Positions 27,682-41,739 of a stretch of DNA of 64,000 nucleotides are shown piece after piece. The stretch lies in NCBI RefSeq assembly GCF_037042905.1, contig NC_087252.1, positions 12,340,001 to 12,404,000 on the forward strand, read 5' to 3'. The notes under the pieces are model-generated. The model made no database searches, had not been told where the DNA came from, and saw nothing but the letters and a program-made list of their open reading frames with translations. Each line of letters begins with the position of its first letter. Position 1 is the stretch's first letter. A program made the translations under genes and the position numbers. The DNA comes from Lytechinus pictus. Taxonomy: Eukaryota.

Positions 27682-28265
27682 AGGAGAATGAAACTCTTGG
27701 AGCAAGTTAGCTTTTGTGAAAGCAAAAATATCAAAGAATAAGATCAACAAAAGTTTGAGTAACATAGGACTAGCAATAGAAGAGCTATGAGCATTTGAAT
27801 GTCGAGATCACTAATGCTAAGGAGATCCTCCCATTGGCAATGCGACCAAGATCTATGATGTCACAGATGAACAACTCTCCCCTTTTGAACACTGAAAATA
27901 TACCCCAAAACATCTCTTTTTGCTCATTCTAATCACATGACAAACGATTCATCAATGATATAATGTTGTGAAACCTCTGTACTTGTCCTCTCATAAAGAG
28001 AACACCTCGCCTTGTGATAGACTCTATAAAAGTGAGAATATAAGTGAAATAAGTATTAAAGTAATGAGCGAGTTGTACGTGTGTGACATCACAGATCTTG
28101 GTCGCATTGCCAATGGGAGGATCTACATGGCATTAGTGATCTCAATATTCAAATGCTCATAACTTTCTTATCATTCATTCAATCTTCCTCAAACTTTCAA
28201 CAATATGTTTCTTTGATTTTTCTCTTTGATACGGATTCAGCTGGTTTCAAGGGTTTCATTCTCCT
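27682..28265. mobile_element. Kolobok/T2-type MITE copy 3 (584 bp, inverted)
   Basis: Reverse complement of copies 1 and 2, TTAA TSD. Confidence 0.9.
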
Positions 28266-28666
28266 TTAAGCTTCTAAAATCCAAATGGAATCGCCGATAT
28301 TTGAATACAAAGCTATCTATCAAAATTTTGTTGTCTTTCGCACGCATCTTCCTGACAACACAAAGTCGCAAAGAATAAAATGCAATAGAAGTCGCCAACA
28401 TGCGCGATCGTTCGGAACATGTTTTAAAATCGTTTTGAGGGGCTAACGAGTTAAAATATATTTCATATACCTTTTGTTATGAACTCTCATTCTCCCAGAA
28501 GAAATATTAAAGACGCATTTTCTCGACAACGTTGGAAACGTAAATAAAACATAATAGAAGTTGGCAACATCTCATATTAGCGTGCGACCTTTCAAGACAT
28601 ATTTTAAAATTGTTTTTAGGCGCTAACGAGGGAATATATATTTTATATACCTTTCGTTATGAACTC

Positions 28667-28828
28667 CTGGGGGCGTTTCATGAAAGGACTTGTCGGACGT
28701 TTTATCCGACAAGTCCCATTTTATCCAACAGTTACCATAGTAACAGTTCCTCTCAGCCAATCAACATCAGAAAAAGATGTCAGATCTGACAACCTGTCAG
28801 ATGAAATTGTTGATGAAACACTCCCCAG
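28667..28828. mobile_element. Short palindromic MITE (inverted near-identical copy at ~37451-37612)
   Basis: ctgggggcgtttcatgaa...gatgaaacactccccag. The two copies give near-identical ORF-track peptides. Confidence 0.8.
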
Positions 28829-29712
28829 TTCTCCCAAAAGAAATATAATTGATGCAGTATTTCAACACCTCGGAAAGGAAAATAGAAGTCACAAACATCT
28901 AAGATTAAATGATTGGGACACCATTTTTGCTGAGGTGCTAATTAGTTAAAATATATTTTATGTACTTTTCCGTATGAATCCTTGTTTTCTGAGAAGAAAT
29001 ATAAATGACGCATATTTCGACATTATCAGAAAGGAAAACAAATGAATCGGCTGCCGATCCGATGATCAGTTACAGGGTTACCTTTTATAAGAGTTCAAGG
29101 CGGCCTCCGCTATCACCACGAAACATCGTCAGATAATAGCGCTATACACGTATTGCATTCCATTGCATTCATATTATAGCTCTATTATGCGCCACGCAGC
29201 ACTTACACACACAAGACATCATACTTCACATGCTTCAGAGCTAGAGTCTATTCCGAATCTTACGTTTTACTCTGACGAAGTTGCGTCAGGGAGACGGTCA
29301 TGGTTGGTCAAAATCTTGAACTGGTGCGTCACTTTTTTTCTTTCTTGGCAGGGTCATTGTAAGTAAAGGTGCGTCATTGTTAAGACACACATGTGCGTCA
29401 TGGTACCACAAAATCTGACTCACGTTTGACAAGTGACCCACCATTCCCGGGGGTCGAGGGGTGCGTCATACAATTGATAGGTGCATTACATCGGCTGTCG
29501 CGCAACTCCCACTTCCCTGGTTTATTGGAACTATTAACATATGGCCATTGAGTCCCTGTACAGATCGAGTTAGAACTTTGGTTTCTGTAATTGGTGAGTG
29601 GAGCCAACAAAGTTCTGCGGATCAACCACTATAACAGAGACCGAAGCTTTTGGTCTAAGTCTAACATAGACACTAAGACAGGACTAGCCATCTTTTCTGG
29701 GGATTTATTTAA

Positions 29713-30318
29713 AGGACAAGACCACCCCAACAAAAAGTTGATTTGAATAAAAAGAGAAAAATCCAACAAGCAAAACACTGAAAACTTCATCAAAATGGTA
29801 AGTAAAATGAGAAAGTTATGACATTTTAAACAGTTAAAGTTTTGTTTATTTTCACAAAACAGTTCTTGTCGGTATACAAATGAGGAGACCGATGACGTCA
29901 TCCACTCACTATTTCTTTTGTATTCTATTACATGAAATATGAAATATTCTAATTTTTTCATTGTCAAGTGAAACTATGATTGATTCTTCCATGAACATGT
30001 TAAACTAGCATTGCTTAAAACTATATGATTCAGTCAAGTTGGTCCCTATTGTCAAATCTATAGAAAATGAAATATGGTATAATTCAAACAATAACAAACA
30101 AAAGAAATGGTGAGTGACGGTCATCATTGACTGTCTCATTTGCATGTCACTGAGTTGTGCATATCACTGTTTTGTGAAAAATAAGTGAAATTTTAAAATG
30201 TCATAACTTTCTTATTTTACATCCAATTTTGATGAAAATTTCAGTGTTATGCTGGTTTGATTTGTTTCCTTTATTTATTCGAATCAACATTTTTCTGGGT
30301 GGGGGGTGGACATAACCT
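29713..30318. mobile_element. Kolobok/T2-type MITE, different family
   Basis: TTAA-aggacaagaccacccc ... ggggtggacataacct-TTAA. Confidence 0.75.
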
Positions 30319-30555
30319 TTAACAATTTCGGACATTTTACCATCATCCCCATTTGCCGACAGTAGTACGTTAGTGCGAGCCCACATGTGTAATCTACACA
30401 ACACCATTTCAGAAGATTGTTTTTCATCATATTCTACCTACATGTAGATATCCCGAAATGTATTCTGTTAGCTTAATTACATGTTAAACAATTTTTTTTC
30501 TACCTATATCTTGTATTGAAGGTACCTGGTATTGACTACGTGTAGCTGTAGAGGG

Positions 30556-33500
30556 ATGGCTTCTTCGTCAACCAATCCCTTTTCTCTCCTTGTCTCAACA
30601 AACGAAGAAAAACAAGGCTCTGTTCAGGTTTGTTTTTTCTCATTCCTCTGAAATATAAAAAGAACCAAGAGTAATTTCTGTCATCTGTAAGATCAGCCAC
30701 TGTGCCTGATTAATTAAAGATGTAAAATGTTTCCTATTTAATTGGTCATACCAGCTTAGGTGTTATGCAGCAGAAAGCTATCCTGATTAGTTCCTATGGG
30801 AGTTACTATAACAAAAATAAATAACAAGCTTTGTAAAGAACTTTTCATAATTGTTCAGTTTGTGCATGTATATTTGCTTTTTTATAGGGCAATTCCATAA
30901 AATGATGTCCGACCCCCATTTTTCTCAAGTCTTACTTTATAAACTGACCAAGTCATGGTCATTTGAGAACATTACAGACTGTCAAAAGAACAAGATATCA
31001 GAGACAGAAATTTTCATGAAGGTCCCACGTGTAGGGATTGGACGTACATATTTTATGAAATTGCCCTTTAGTGGAATAAAAAAAGGACAAAGGAAAATAG
31101 AAATAAGAAGTAGCTCTTTGTCAAGTACAGGTAACCCTAGAAATCATTATGAGATCTATTTTCAATATTGTCTGTTTAAATGTTGCATGCAGAGTAGTTT
31201 TATTATTGTTATGAAAATACAATTTAAAAATTGATTTTCTTCATGTTTCTTTTTCTTTCACTGTTTATTTAGAATATCAGTCATCCTGATAAATCAGGAA
31301 TGATGGAGGTGGATGTGACGGCCAGAGAGATCAGTTTAATAGATGCAGTCATTCAACAAGTCTTCCTTATAACGGTAGATCAAGGTAAGCAAGATTATCA
31401 CCTGTGTAATTGACTTGGAAGCATGAATTGAATCGACGGTTCTAAAATAGGGTGGAGTTCTCTATTCACTCGGTCTACAAACAGTTGGTCAACTTCTCAG
31501 ATAATCTAATACCATATGGGTTAAATTCACAGGTCCACCCTCCATTTGGTCTAATTTTTCATCTACAAATTACGTTACAGTTTGTATATATGAACATTTG
31601 ATTCATAGTTTTCTAACGATATAGACTATGGTGTTTAGACCAATTGGATTGAAATGGGTATAGCTAAATTGATAATTAGACCAAACAATAAATGGGTAAA
31701 AGAAGTTAACTTGGCAATATTGTAGTACTGTAGATGAACAGGTTGCAGACAAACTAGGGTTAGTCCAAGTGCGATGAGACCAAATCTGAAATTGATGAAT
31801 GGCCTATATATGTTTACGGACAGTCTGATGTGACTCAAATATTTTTAAAATATTAACTGTTTGGTTCTGCAAAACTGGAAAATGGAATTTAACAGCTATT
31901 AACTGAGTCTTTTTTGCATGCGATTGCCAGAGTAGAATCACATAAATAAAGAGAACACCATAAATTCAACAATATAATAATAATAATATGCAACATTTAT
32001 ATAGCACTAAATACAAATGTTTCTAAGCGCTTCATACTATTACCCCGGCTTTAGCACGGCTATCCTGATCGGACGCTCGAGCATTCAAGGTATTCCTTCC
32101 TACCGGGTACCCATTTACTACACCTGGGTGGGGATTGGCAAATGTAGATAAACGCCTTGCCGAATGACGCAAGTGCTGCGATGGGGTTTGAACCACGGAC
32201 CATGTGGTTCAAAGTTCGGAGATTTATCCACTGAGCCACAACACCTAGAGCTACAATATAAATGTATGACAGAACCAAAGGATACTTAGGCTTAGTACCC
32301 GCTAGGTTATTACCATTTGATAGTAATGTTTGCTTTAAAAAAAAAACATATATTACAGGGCCCAGCTCAAGGGGGTCTGAGTGCCAATTTAAAACACAAT
32401 TTTGAATCGTAAGAGTGTGTGTTCACTGTTATGTTTTTGTTTTTCCCCTTGTGGACAGAGGGAACAACATTAGATGAAGGGATGCCTCCTAAGTGTGTGT
32501 TCTTGGTTGATATGTCAGACCAGCTTGAGAAAGAGCATAGTGAACCATGGTCGTGGCTCTCATGGGAGAGCATTGATATGGTGAGTAGCGCCATCTATGA
32601 TACTGTTCTTTTAAAACAGATTTGTGAGACAAACAGTGTAACTTATTTTAATACCAAAACTTAGGGGCTTGATATATAGATGCCAGTTGGGGTTACACAC
32701 CTGTATGTCGAAAAATGAGATGATGATTGAACTGTTGTTTTGTACAAAAATATGTGCCAAATGATTCTGGTTGAGAAAGTGTATTTTCCTTAGAAATTAG
32801 CTGAATATTAAGCATGGCATGTATCTTTACCAGATGTAGAGTTGTTTTTTCCGAGCATTGATGATGCACTGTCCCACATATGCTATTCTGTGTTTCAATT
32901 TAATTTCAATTTAATTCATTGACCGTGTTTGTGATAATAAGTGTGATCTTTTTAAGACTTCATGATTTCACGAAGTTTGGTTCATATGTATGAACCAGAT
33001 ATGGATCTTCAGTAATTTGTTGATACCTAATTTTGATTTTAGAAACTTTCTCTTAAAATCATTTTTTTTTACTGTTACAATTACTGGCACTTAACAGTGG
33101 TATTCAGCTTTCTTTGGCAGTAGTATACAATGGACTGTAAACTCAGACTCGCTCAGTGCAAAAACAATGGCATATTGATTTTGTTGTGGCAGTTGGGTTG
33201 GTATAAATAATGCTAATTAGACCTGGGGGGTGTTTCACAAAGATTTAAGTATGACTTAGAGTCGCACTTAAATGCCTAGTTGCATGCGGTATAAAAGGCA
33301 TGACCACATTGGTCAGATCATGGGATGAGGACGCGCACTACTGCGTATTGATCAAAAAGATTGCACATTGCATATCATGTACATGTCGGGATTTAAGTGT
33401 GATTTAAGTCACGCGTCAGGATTTAAGTGCGATTTAAGTCATCCTTAAATCTTTGTGAAACACCCCCAGTATGTATAGTAATATCCTATGTTAATTATGT

Positions 33501-36500
33501 ACATTCCTCTCATGATGTCTCAGTGGTAGAGCGCCTGCCTCATCAACTGGAGGTTCGATCTCTGCCCGAATCATACCAAAGACTTTGATAGTGGAGTCTT
33601 CTGCCATTCTGAATGCACTCAATGTATGAGTATGGAGAAGGGTAATAATGGCCCACTGGAAGAACAGCTTACAGCTGAAATAGCTACCCTGGGTAAAAAA
33701 AGAATTATTTATTTAACCGGTGTTGGCTCAGTTGGTAGAGCGTCCGTCTCACTACCGGGAGGTTGGGGGTTGAAACCCCAGCGGCGTCAGACCAAAAGAC
33801 GTTAGAAGATTGGAGTTGCTGCTACCCTGTTTGGCGTTCCAACGGTTAAAAGGGATAGAGCCTCGTCGATCTGGCGCTGCACAGCGGCTCCCGGGCCCAC
33901 GATCAATTGGGCAAAGCAAATTTTCGGAATATTTCATTTTATGTCTATTTCGAATAATAAAATATGGATTTTTTTTTATAATTACGATAACTTCATTCTC
34001 TAGGCCATCTTTGAGAGATTACTTCTCCAAGACCCATCATTCCATGTCCTTCACATGACGTCATCTATTGCAAACTTTGATGAGGAGGAGAAGAGGGCCG
34101 GGGAGAAAGATATCCTGCGTTATCTTCTCTCATCCTACACCAGAGCAGCTGCCTTAGTAAAAAACAGTCAGGTAATACAATAATATTGATATTGCACATC
34201 ACCAAGGGTATTAGTATAAATTATACACACAGGGTACCTTCAGAACAGTTCTAATTGTTGGACTGTTTCAAAGGTGAGAAATGATGTAATGTTGCTAATG
34301 CCTAGTCCATTCTCTCAAAACCATGACTAGTCAATGGGTAATTCTCTGATTTTCATCTTCATTTTCTTAGATTATTTTTAACGACTTTTCATTTTACTTC
34401 GATCCCCTTAAATGCTTACTGCTCCCGAATAATCACTTGACTAGAATCAAAGAGCGCAATGTGTGATAATAGTTGGAATGTTGGGATTATCGTCAAATTT
34501 ACTATATTGTTATTCTGATCTTGACGTTCCTCATTTCGATGGTATCATGAAGTATATTGATGTAATAAATTCTTTTTCAATTATTTATAGAATGAAAAGG
34601 CTGACTACGCCATGAAATGTCAGCGTATAGCTGTATCCAATGCAGCTACATGTCTCCTTACTCCAGAAGTGTACAACAACCAGAACACAAGGCAGCAATT
34701 ATTTGATATCCTCCTCCAGTCATACACAAAGGAAGATGGTAAGTAGTTTTATCCTAAGAGTGTCATAAATCAGGGAATATTTTTATTTCCAAATTAAATT
34801 AGCAGTTTTATGGTTTTGGGAGTAAATATTCTAACACATTTGTGTACAGTATTATGTGTCAACCTTTCATTCAACCAGACATTTTTAGTGGCAATATTAT
34901 GAAACGTGTATCAATTTGCGATATGACACCAGGAAAATTATTAGTGTATTTTTTAAAAAATAGGCCTGTAGCTCCTGTGTTCGACCCATGCATGGATCCA
35001 GGGGGTAGTGTCCTCCACCCTCCCTTCCCCCCAGCAAAACTATGCTCCAAACCTACACCTTTCCAAGTGTCCCCTCCACTTCAACTTATTTTGCTTTTCA
35101 AAAATTCTGAAGGAAAATCTATTTGTTCCGCTTGGGATTTTTGTGCCATTTCATTCATGAAATTTCTGCATCTTCCACTGGTTAGACTCAAGGAATTCTG
35201 AGTCAAAACGTTTATCTTGCACGACACTGTTATTTTTAACTATCGCCACATATAGGCTGCATCCTGACTCTGCGTGGTTTTCTCATCCCAAAATAATGTG
35301 ACCTGTATGCCAGCAAATACGGCATTAATGTCAGCCCTAATTATTTATAATTATTTTTTCATTTATCTGATCAGATTGGGATATAGCAGTCAAGTTCTTC
35401 CATGAGGTAGCAGAAGCTATCCACTTGGATGACTCTCTACCAATCACAGAAGCGTTTACTCCAGTGTTAGAAATCCTCTACAAGAAGATGATAGCTAGTC
35501 CCGCATTGGTTGATCCTCTTAACTATGCTTACTGTGAAATCATGGGATTCTATGCAAGACAACCACAGCTTGCTAAAGTGAGTATCATATCGGCGTGAGT
35601 AGAGATTATTGTACAACCCCTACCTAGCTTGTACGCGAGCAAATTCGTACCGTTGCACACAAGACGTACCATCCAAAATGTACCGTTACACGGCTTTAGG
35701 AGGTGACGTCACAATACAATTTAATTCATTGCGCTCAGTAAAAATGAAGGTGCAATACGGGTATAAGCCTGCTGGCTAAATGTGCAATGCTGTCCAAGGT
35801 CATGTGCGCTTGTGGGATTTTGCTTTTCGCTTTGAATATTTTTGCTCCCTTTCATAGATTACTGCAGGGAAAAACTCTTGTTGTTTCGTATTTTTGCTGA
35901 ATTCCGAGGCGTTGTACAACACAAATAGCGAATATTTTTATTAGTGCAATGGTGCGAGATTTCACATTAGGTGAAAGAAAGAGACGCTCTATTCAACTCG
36001 GCTAACGCCTCATTGAATAGAGCATCTTTCACCTCGTGCGAAATCTTGCGCCATCGCACTCATGCCTATTCGCTTTACGTATATTGTCAGGGTAGGTGTT
36101 TGAAAATGTCAGGGGGAGGGGGCTAACCATACAAACAATCACAATCAGATGGTAATCTCTTTGTTCCATGTTAATTGAAAAAAAAAATTGTGGGAGCCCC
36201 CAGCCACCCCTCCACGGCCCCTGTTGGCGGTGGAAGTTGAGGAGGTGACTATATTGGTCAGGTGTGGTTATGGTGATGGGGGTGAGAGGGGTAAATTTGT
36301 CTTCAACGGCTCCGTCGACAATCTTCATCTTCTAACCATTTGGTCTAATTTCCATTTAGCCCTTTCACCTATATCTTTAATTATACCCATTTTGTTGTCA
36401 TCCCACTCGGTCCAGTCCTGCTTTGTCTGCAACCTCTTTGTCTACTAACGATTTGGTCTTGTTGCCATTTAGCCCATTTACCAATTTTGTTAAATTTCCA

Positions 36501-39500
36501 GTTAGGCTATACCCATATCGTCTTATATCTTCTACTTCTACGACGATACTCAGCAGGATCCATAAGTCAGGATGTAGTGCTAAGGAAATATCTTGGGTCC
36601 TCATCTGCAGTGCATACTTGTTGGTGCTTTTAAAACATTGTGCTGTTTAGGCAAGTAAAAATCTATCAAGTTGGTCTAACACACTCTTTGTATATTACAG
36701 GTCCTCATGAATTTCATAACACCATCTGATCTGTTGCACGCTAAGAGCCACGAGAAGACCTCCGTCGATCTGATCCTGTCGCTATCCTGTATATCAGTTA
36801 AACCAATGTTAATAAACACACCCACTGTATATCATAGGTCCTTATGGATTTCGTAACACCATCTGATCCGTTGGTCTGATCCTGTTGCTATCTTGTATGT
36901 ATATCAATAAACCAATCTTAATTAACACTCTCTTTGTATATAACAGGTCCTAATGGATTTCATAACACCATCAGATCCGCTGAACGCCAAGAGTTACGAG
37001 AAGACCCCTGTCGGTCTTATCCTGTCACTATCCTGTATACCCAGAGACAATCAGGAACCGCAGTTCTTTGAGAGGCCATCTAGGACATCGGGAAGAGAAC
37101 ACCAAGCCACACAGGAATATATATGGCAGGTAAGTCACTGGACTGTTCATGTTGACTGTTAAAAGCTACTGAAATCCTTGAATCTGATTGGTGTAGTGTG
37201 CATTGTGGAATGACAGTCAATGTTCTGTTCATGAAATACTACATACAATCTCAAAGCCCAGTACTAGGGGGCCTTGTTATAAAAGCTGTTGATACGTTAA
37301 GATTGACTTTAAGAATGACTGGTATCGTTTCTTGTGGTAAATGCTATTCACCATTAAATGTTCATTGCTGATTATTTAGCGTGTAAGAAAGGTTCACCAG
37401 TCGCCATTACAGTCGCTCTTAACTTACAAACAGCTTTATGATACACCCACCAGGGGAGTGTTTCATCAACATTTTCATCCGACAAGTTGTCAGATCTGAC
37501 ATCTTTCTCTGATGTTGATTGGCTGAGAGGTACTGTTACTATGGTAACTGTCTGATAAAATGGGACTTGTCGGATAAAACGTCCGACAAGTCCTTTCATG
37601 AAACGCCCCCCAGGAGGATATTACACCGAGAGTATGCTTATTTGGCTTATCGATGATCAATACTTAATTTCTATTTGAATCATCTGGCATTTGATACTTA
37701 TGTGCACAAACCCATTGCCTCATTTTTTTAAATATTGTTAAATTCATTTCATGATTATAACCACAATAGGATTCCATTTTTTCTTAGGCCAAGTAAAAGT
37801 ATATATTATTTTATGTATCAACTTTTAAAAAAGGATGATGGCACTTCCTTTTGTTGTCCTTAAGAGCAGGGGGGGGGGGCACTTGCCAGAATACCCCCCC
37901 CCCCTGCTTAAATGGCACATATTTAGTGTATTTTTCCTCAAGACTTCAATATTATGTGCACTCGCATATTTTTTGAAAACAGTAACTATCATTTGAAAAT
38001 TGATAGTGATTGAAATAACAAAAACATTGAATGCAATGGCAAAAAGTGATGAGTATTTTTTTTTTCCAGGCCTTGTTTTATTCTTGTTTTTCTATTTACA
38101 GCCCGTTGGTAAACTGACAGAACATATTTACAGGATATTCCGATCTCTCTTCAAGACTTCATTAGAAATCAGGAATAGTTTACTTGCTTGGATAGGCAGG
38201 TGTATACATGCTAATGCAGGTAGGATATCCATATGCCTCGTATCATTCTGTGGGCGCGTCGTGGTCTAGTAGTTCCGACTCGCATTTCAAGCATTGTGCA
38301 TTCGAATCTTAGCCATAGCGTGTTTTCCTTCAGCGAGAAATTTATCCACAATGTGCTGTACTCGACCCAGGTGAGGTGAATAGATACCCAGTAGAATTTA
38401 TTCCTTGACGCTTTAGTGCCTATATGGCGGCTCAGCTACAGCCGGGCAATAATATAATACCACGTATCAAAGGGCAGTTGAGTGTATGCACATAGTAACA
38501 GTGCTATATAAATGGACATATTATTTATTATTCATAGCAATGCAACCATTTCATGAATTCAGGAGTCAGTGATTTTCACTTGCAGCTGTTAGAAGCTACT
38601 GAATTCCTTGCATGTGATTGGCTCTGAGCAAATTTGCCATTTAAAATCACTGGTACAAGATGCTTCACGTAACACTTCTATTGTTAGCATCTTGTTTTCC
38701 TCTTCTCAAAGTTGAAGTCAAGACAGTTTAGATACCAGAGCAAATTATTTAGGTTGAATAAGGACAATAATAATCTGCAACATTTATATAACACTTATAG
38801 CAGCGCTACTATGATTTGATTTCGATTCAAGGAATTTCTTCGTACCTGGACCCATTTACTAAATCTGGGTCGTGAGATGCAAATGGAGTTTTTCAATTAT
38901 ATTAAAACATGAAGGTTCTATGTTACAATCATAATGTAGTGTGTGAGTAGGGTTATTCAATTGACACTTTTCAAGATATAATTACGGTAATCTGTAACAG
39001 AAATGCAAGATTGATAGAGTATCAGCTTGTTTGTTGTATGCACTAGATCAGACACATAGCTGATAACATGTGTGTTGTAACAACAAAGACAATTGCTGTT
39101 GCCTCGTCCAAGATTATTTCACCCTTTGGCGGTTCCATGCGAGAAAAATCAGCCATTTTTACATTTTAAAATCTGCTATCCAAACAAACAAGGAACTTCA
39201 ATTTGTTTTGTGGTAATGACGTACAGGACATTTCTGAGTCCTGCATGAGACACAACTTTTTCACTTTAATTCATCCATATTTAAACATTTTTTATTGGTA
39301 ATAAGTTTTTCACATGACTACCCACTACCGGTATATCTTTATTATTGACCAAAAATTTGTTTATTGCTCGAGCAACCAGTTCAGAGACTAGATATTGTTT
39401 TTGAAATATCCCGTACGCCACGTATGGAATCACCCCTTTATGAAATAATTATTCTAATAATAACTTGTAGGACGAACAAAGATGTGGTCGAGGCGACTTC

Positions 39501-41696
39501 CGACCTTCGCCCTTATGTATGCCAGTGATTCCTTCTTCCTTAACCTGTCCTCCGTCCTGTTGAGATTCTGTGGCCCCTTCACCAAACCAGACACGACCAA
39601 TATCACAACAGTTGATATGAGCTATGCTAGTGTGGACCTGCCTGTTGGTGCATCGGAAAGCCAAATGAGTGAGCTTGGTGTTCATCTTGTAGGTATGTAA
39701 TGGTTATGACCATAGTGATGCTGGTGGTTATTGTGATTAGGAAAATAGTGATAATGGTGGTAATGATGATGAGGATGATGATGATGGTGGTATTGCTGCA
39801 AGTCAGGCGCCATGTTCGGGTTCGGTTTGGTTCGGCAAGGTTCGGCAGAAATTTGCCGAACATTGGTTCGGTTTGGGGTTCTGTAATGATAGGCTGATAA
39901 AGCTATAGTTCATTCAGCTCAGGTATACGTAGCGTACCGGTAGACAATTTGTACTTGATTGACTGCATGTGCTCGCGTGTACCTCTGTCACATCAAACCA
40001 TTTTATCTCTATCTTGTTGACATGAAACTATGAAAGTTATAGCGCTCAACGAATCAACTGTTATCTCGAATTTGATTATCTGATGACAGATTTATTGGGT
40101 AACTCACAGTTCTAAAATGGCAACTCTTCCTAGTCGTCCATACCTGGACCACACTTAGGATACTTGCCAAACGCTCGCACTCGTACCAGCTAGCGCTAGG
40201 CTAGGCCAGCGCATGCAGCTCAGTCCCCTTGGCCTTGTAGCGGCACTCTGAGCTCATGAATATTTATACAGTCCAGCCAAACGTGATTGGCAATTGCATC
40301 ACATACGAGGCGGCCAGCGCCAGTGCACTGAACTGTAGACATAGTAGGGCCAGGGGCGTGTCGAAGAAAGCGTGCTTATGTAATGCGCCTTTCGCTAATT
40401 GGCTCGATGGGTGAACTAAACCACCAATCGCATGTCGCTGATTGTCGCATCGGTACATACAGCCACGTGCTTTGTCTGCTCGCGAAACTCAGCTCACTGA
40501 TTGAAGAGCAATTTCCGAGATTTCTATGATTTCATTGGTCAGATTTCATTCGACCATGAACATACAGACCAAGTGGGATGCAAAGTTTTACGACTGCAAT
40601 GGGACAGGGGGAGTAGAGTGATCATCGCATTGTTTATGGTTAATTTGAGAAGTTGATAAGAAAGGAAAAAAAAGTAAAGATTGGGGGTCATTTTCCCCCA
40701 AGAGATGAATGTTTCCGCATGGCTTTATCTACATTCAACTTGTCAACGAGGGGAAGGGGATCTTGCTATATGCTATACCGTAATCATTCATGAGTGTTTG
40801 ATTTTTATTTTCATCTGATTGTTAATAATAAAAAAGATAACTTCACCTCATCTCATTTCTATATTATTTGTTTTGCGTCTCTCCTTTCCATCTCTAACAG
40901 TCACTCACTTTATTTCCCACTTTCACTGGATCTCTCGTTTTCAAAACTCTTTACTTCTCTCTAAAATCATGAAAACTAGACAGTAGCGAGCCGACACCTC
41001 AATAATAATGTCAATCACCTCAATCAGATCTTTATTCTCCGCCGCAACAATACATGAGTTACGATCTTAATCACATCGTATCGTAATTCGTAATATTAAT
41101 GGTACTTCATCTTTCACTTTCAGTTTATTGAGCTCGTTCATTCAAAATACTTTGAAGATTTTCAAACAAGAATCTTGTTCGCCACCTAAAAACAACAATA
41201 TTTTAGATAATTAGATTTAACCAATGAACACTCATACAGTTTTGGTTTTCTTTACCATACTTCGGCGATTCGGCCACAGAGCGAGAGATGATGAAAGCCA
41301 GTAAAATGATAATAGCGCAAGCTCGCGCAACATCGTTCATCGGATCTCCTTTCTTAATCAGGGCCGTAAAAACCACAATGTCAACATGAAAATGAAAACA
41401 AAATCTAGTAACCGCAAAATAAGCGCATACTTCCAACATACAATTGCAAAGAAGATTAAATAGAGAATGCGCAAATATAATGATTAGAAAGGGTGTAAAC
41501 TTATAAATTTATTAGCTGAAAGCCGTTTTTTTTTTTTTTTTTGCCGAACTTCCGAACCAAGTCTTAGTGTTCGGTTCGGTTCTGTTCGGTTCGGAAGTGC
41601 CATGTTCGGCGAACTACCGTTCGGTTCGGCGGTTCGGCTACAGCACTAGATGGTGGCGTTGATGATGATGAGGATGATGATGATGATGATGATGAA

Positions 41697-41739
<43 letters not shown>

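Larger units (their letters stand above)
26958..29488. mobile_element. 2.5-kb non-autonomous TIR transposon hosting three nested insertions
   Basis: ~50-bp TIR taatg.acctatcaattgta.gacgcacccctcgacccccgggaatggtg at 26958 and its reverse complement ending at 29488. Confidence 0.8.

Noticed and set aside
23071..28162. Three near-identical 64-aa ORFs MKPLYLSSHK...
   Set aside because: They lie inside three copies of one TTAA MITE, start at GTG and show no transposase motif
33716..33790. tRNA-like sequence
   Set aside because: Has A and B boxes but no clean acceptor stem and continues into a SINE body, so it is not a tRNA gene
36029..36650. Overlapping short ORFs in UBE4A intron 6
   Set aside because: Interrupted by stops and composed of ttggtcta/agaccaa-type repeat sequence also seen at ~31470-31800 and 53500-53660
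28659..37599. Two similar ORFs [15 protein letters not shown]...
   Set aside because: Two copies of a ~160-bp palindromic MITE, not a gene family
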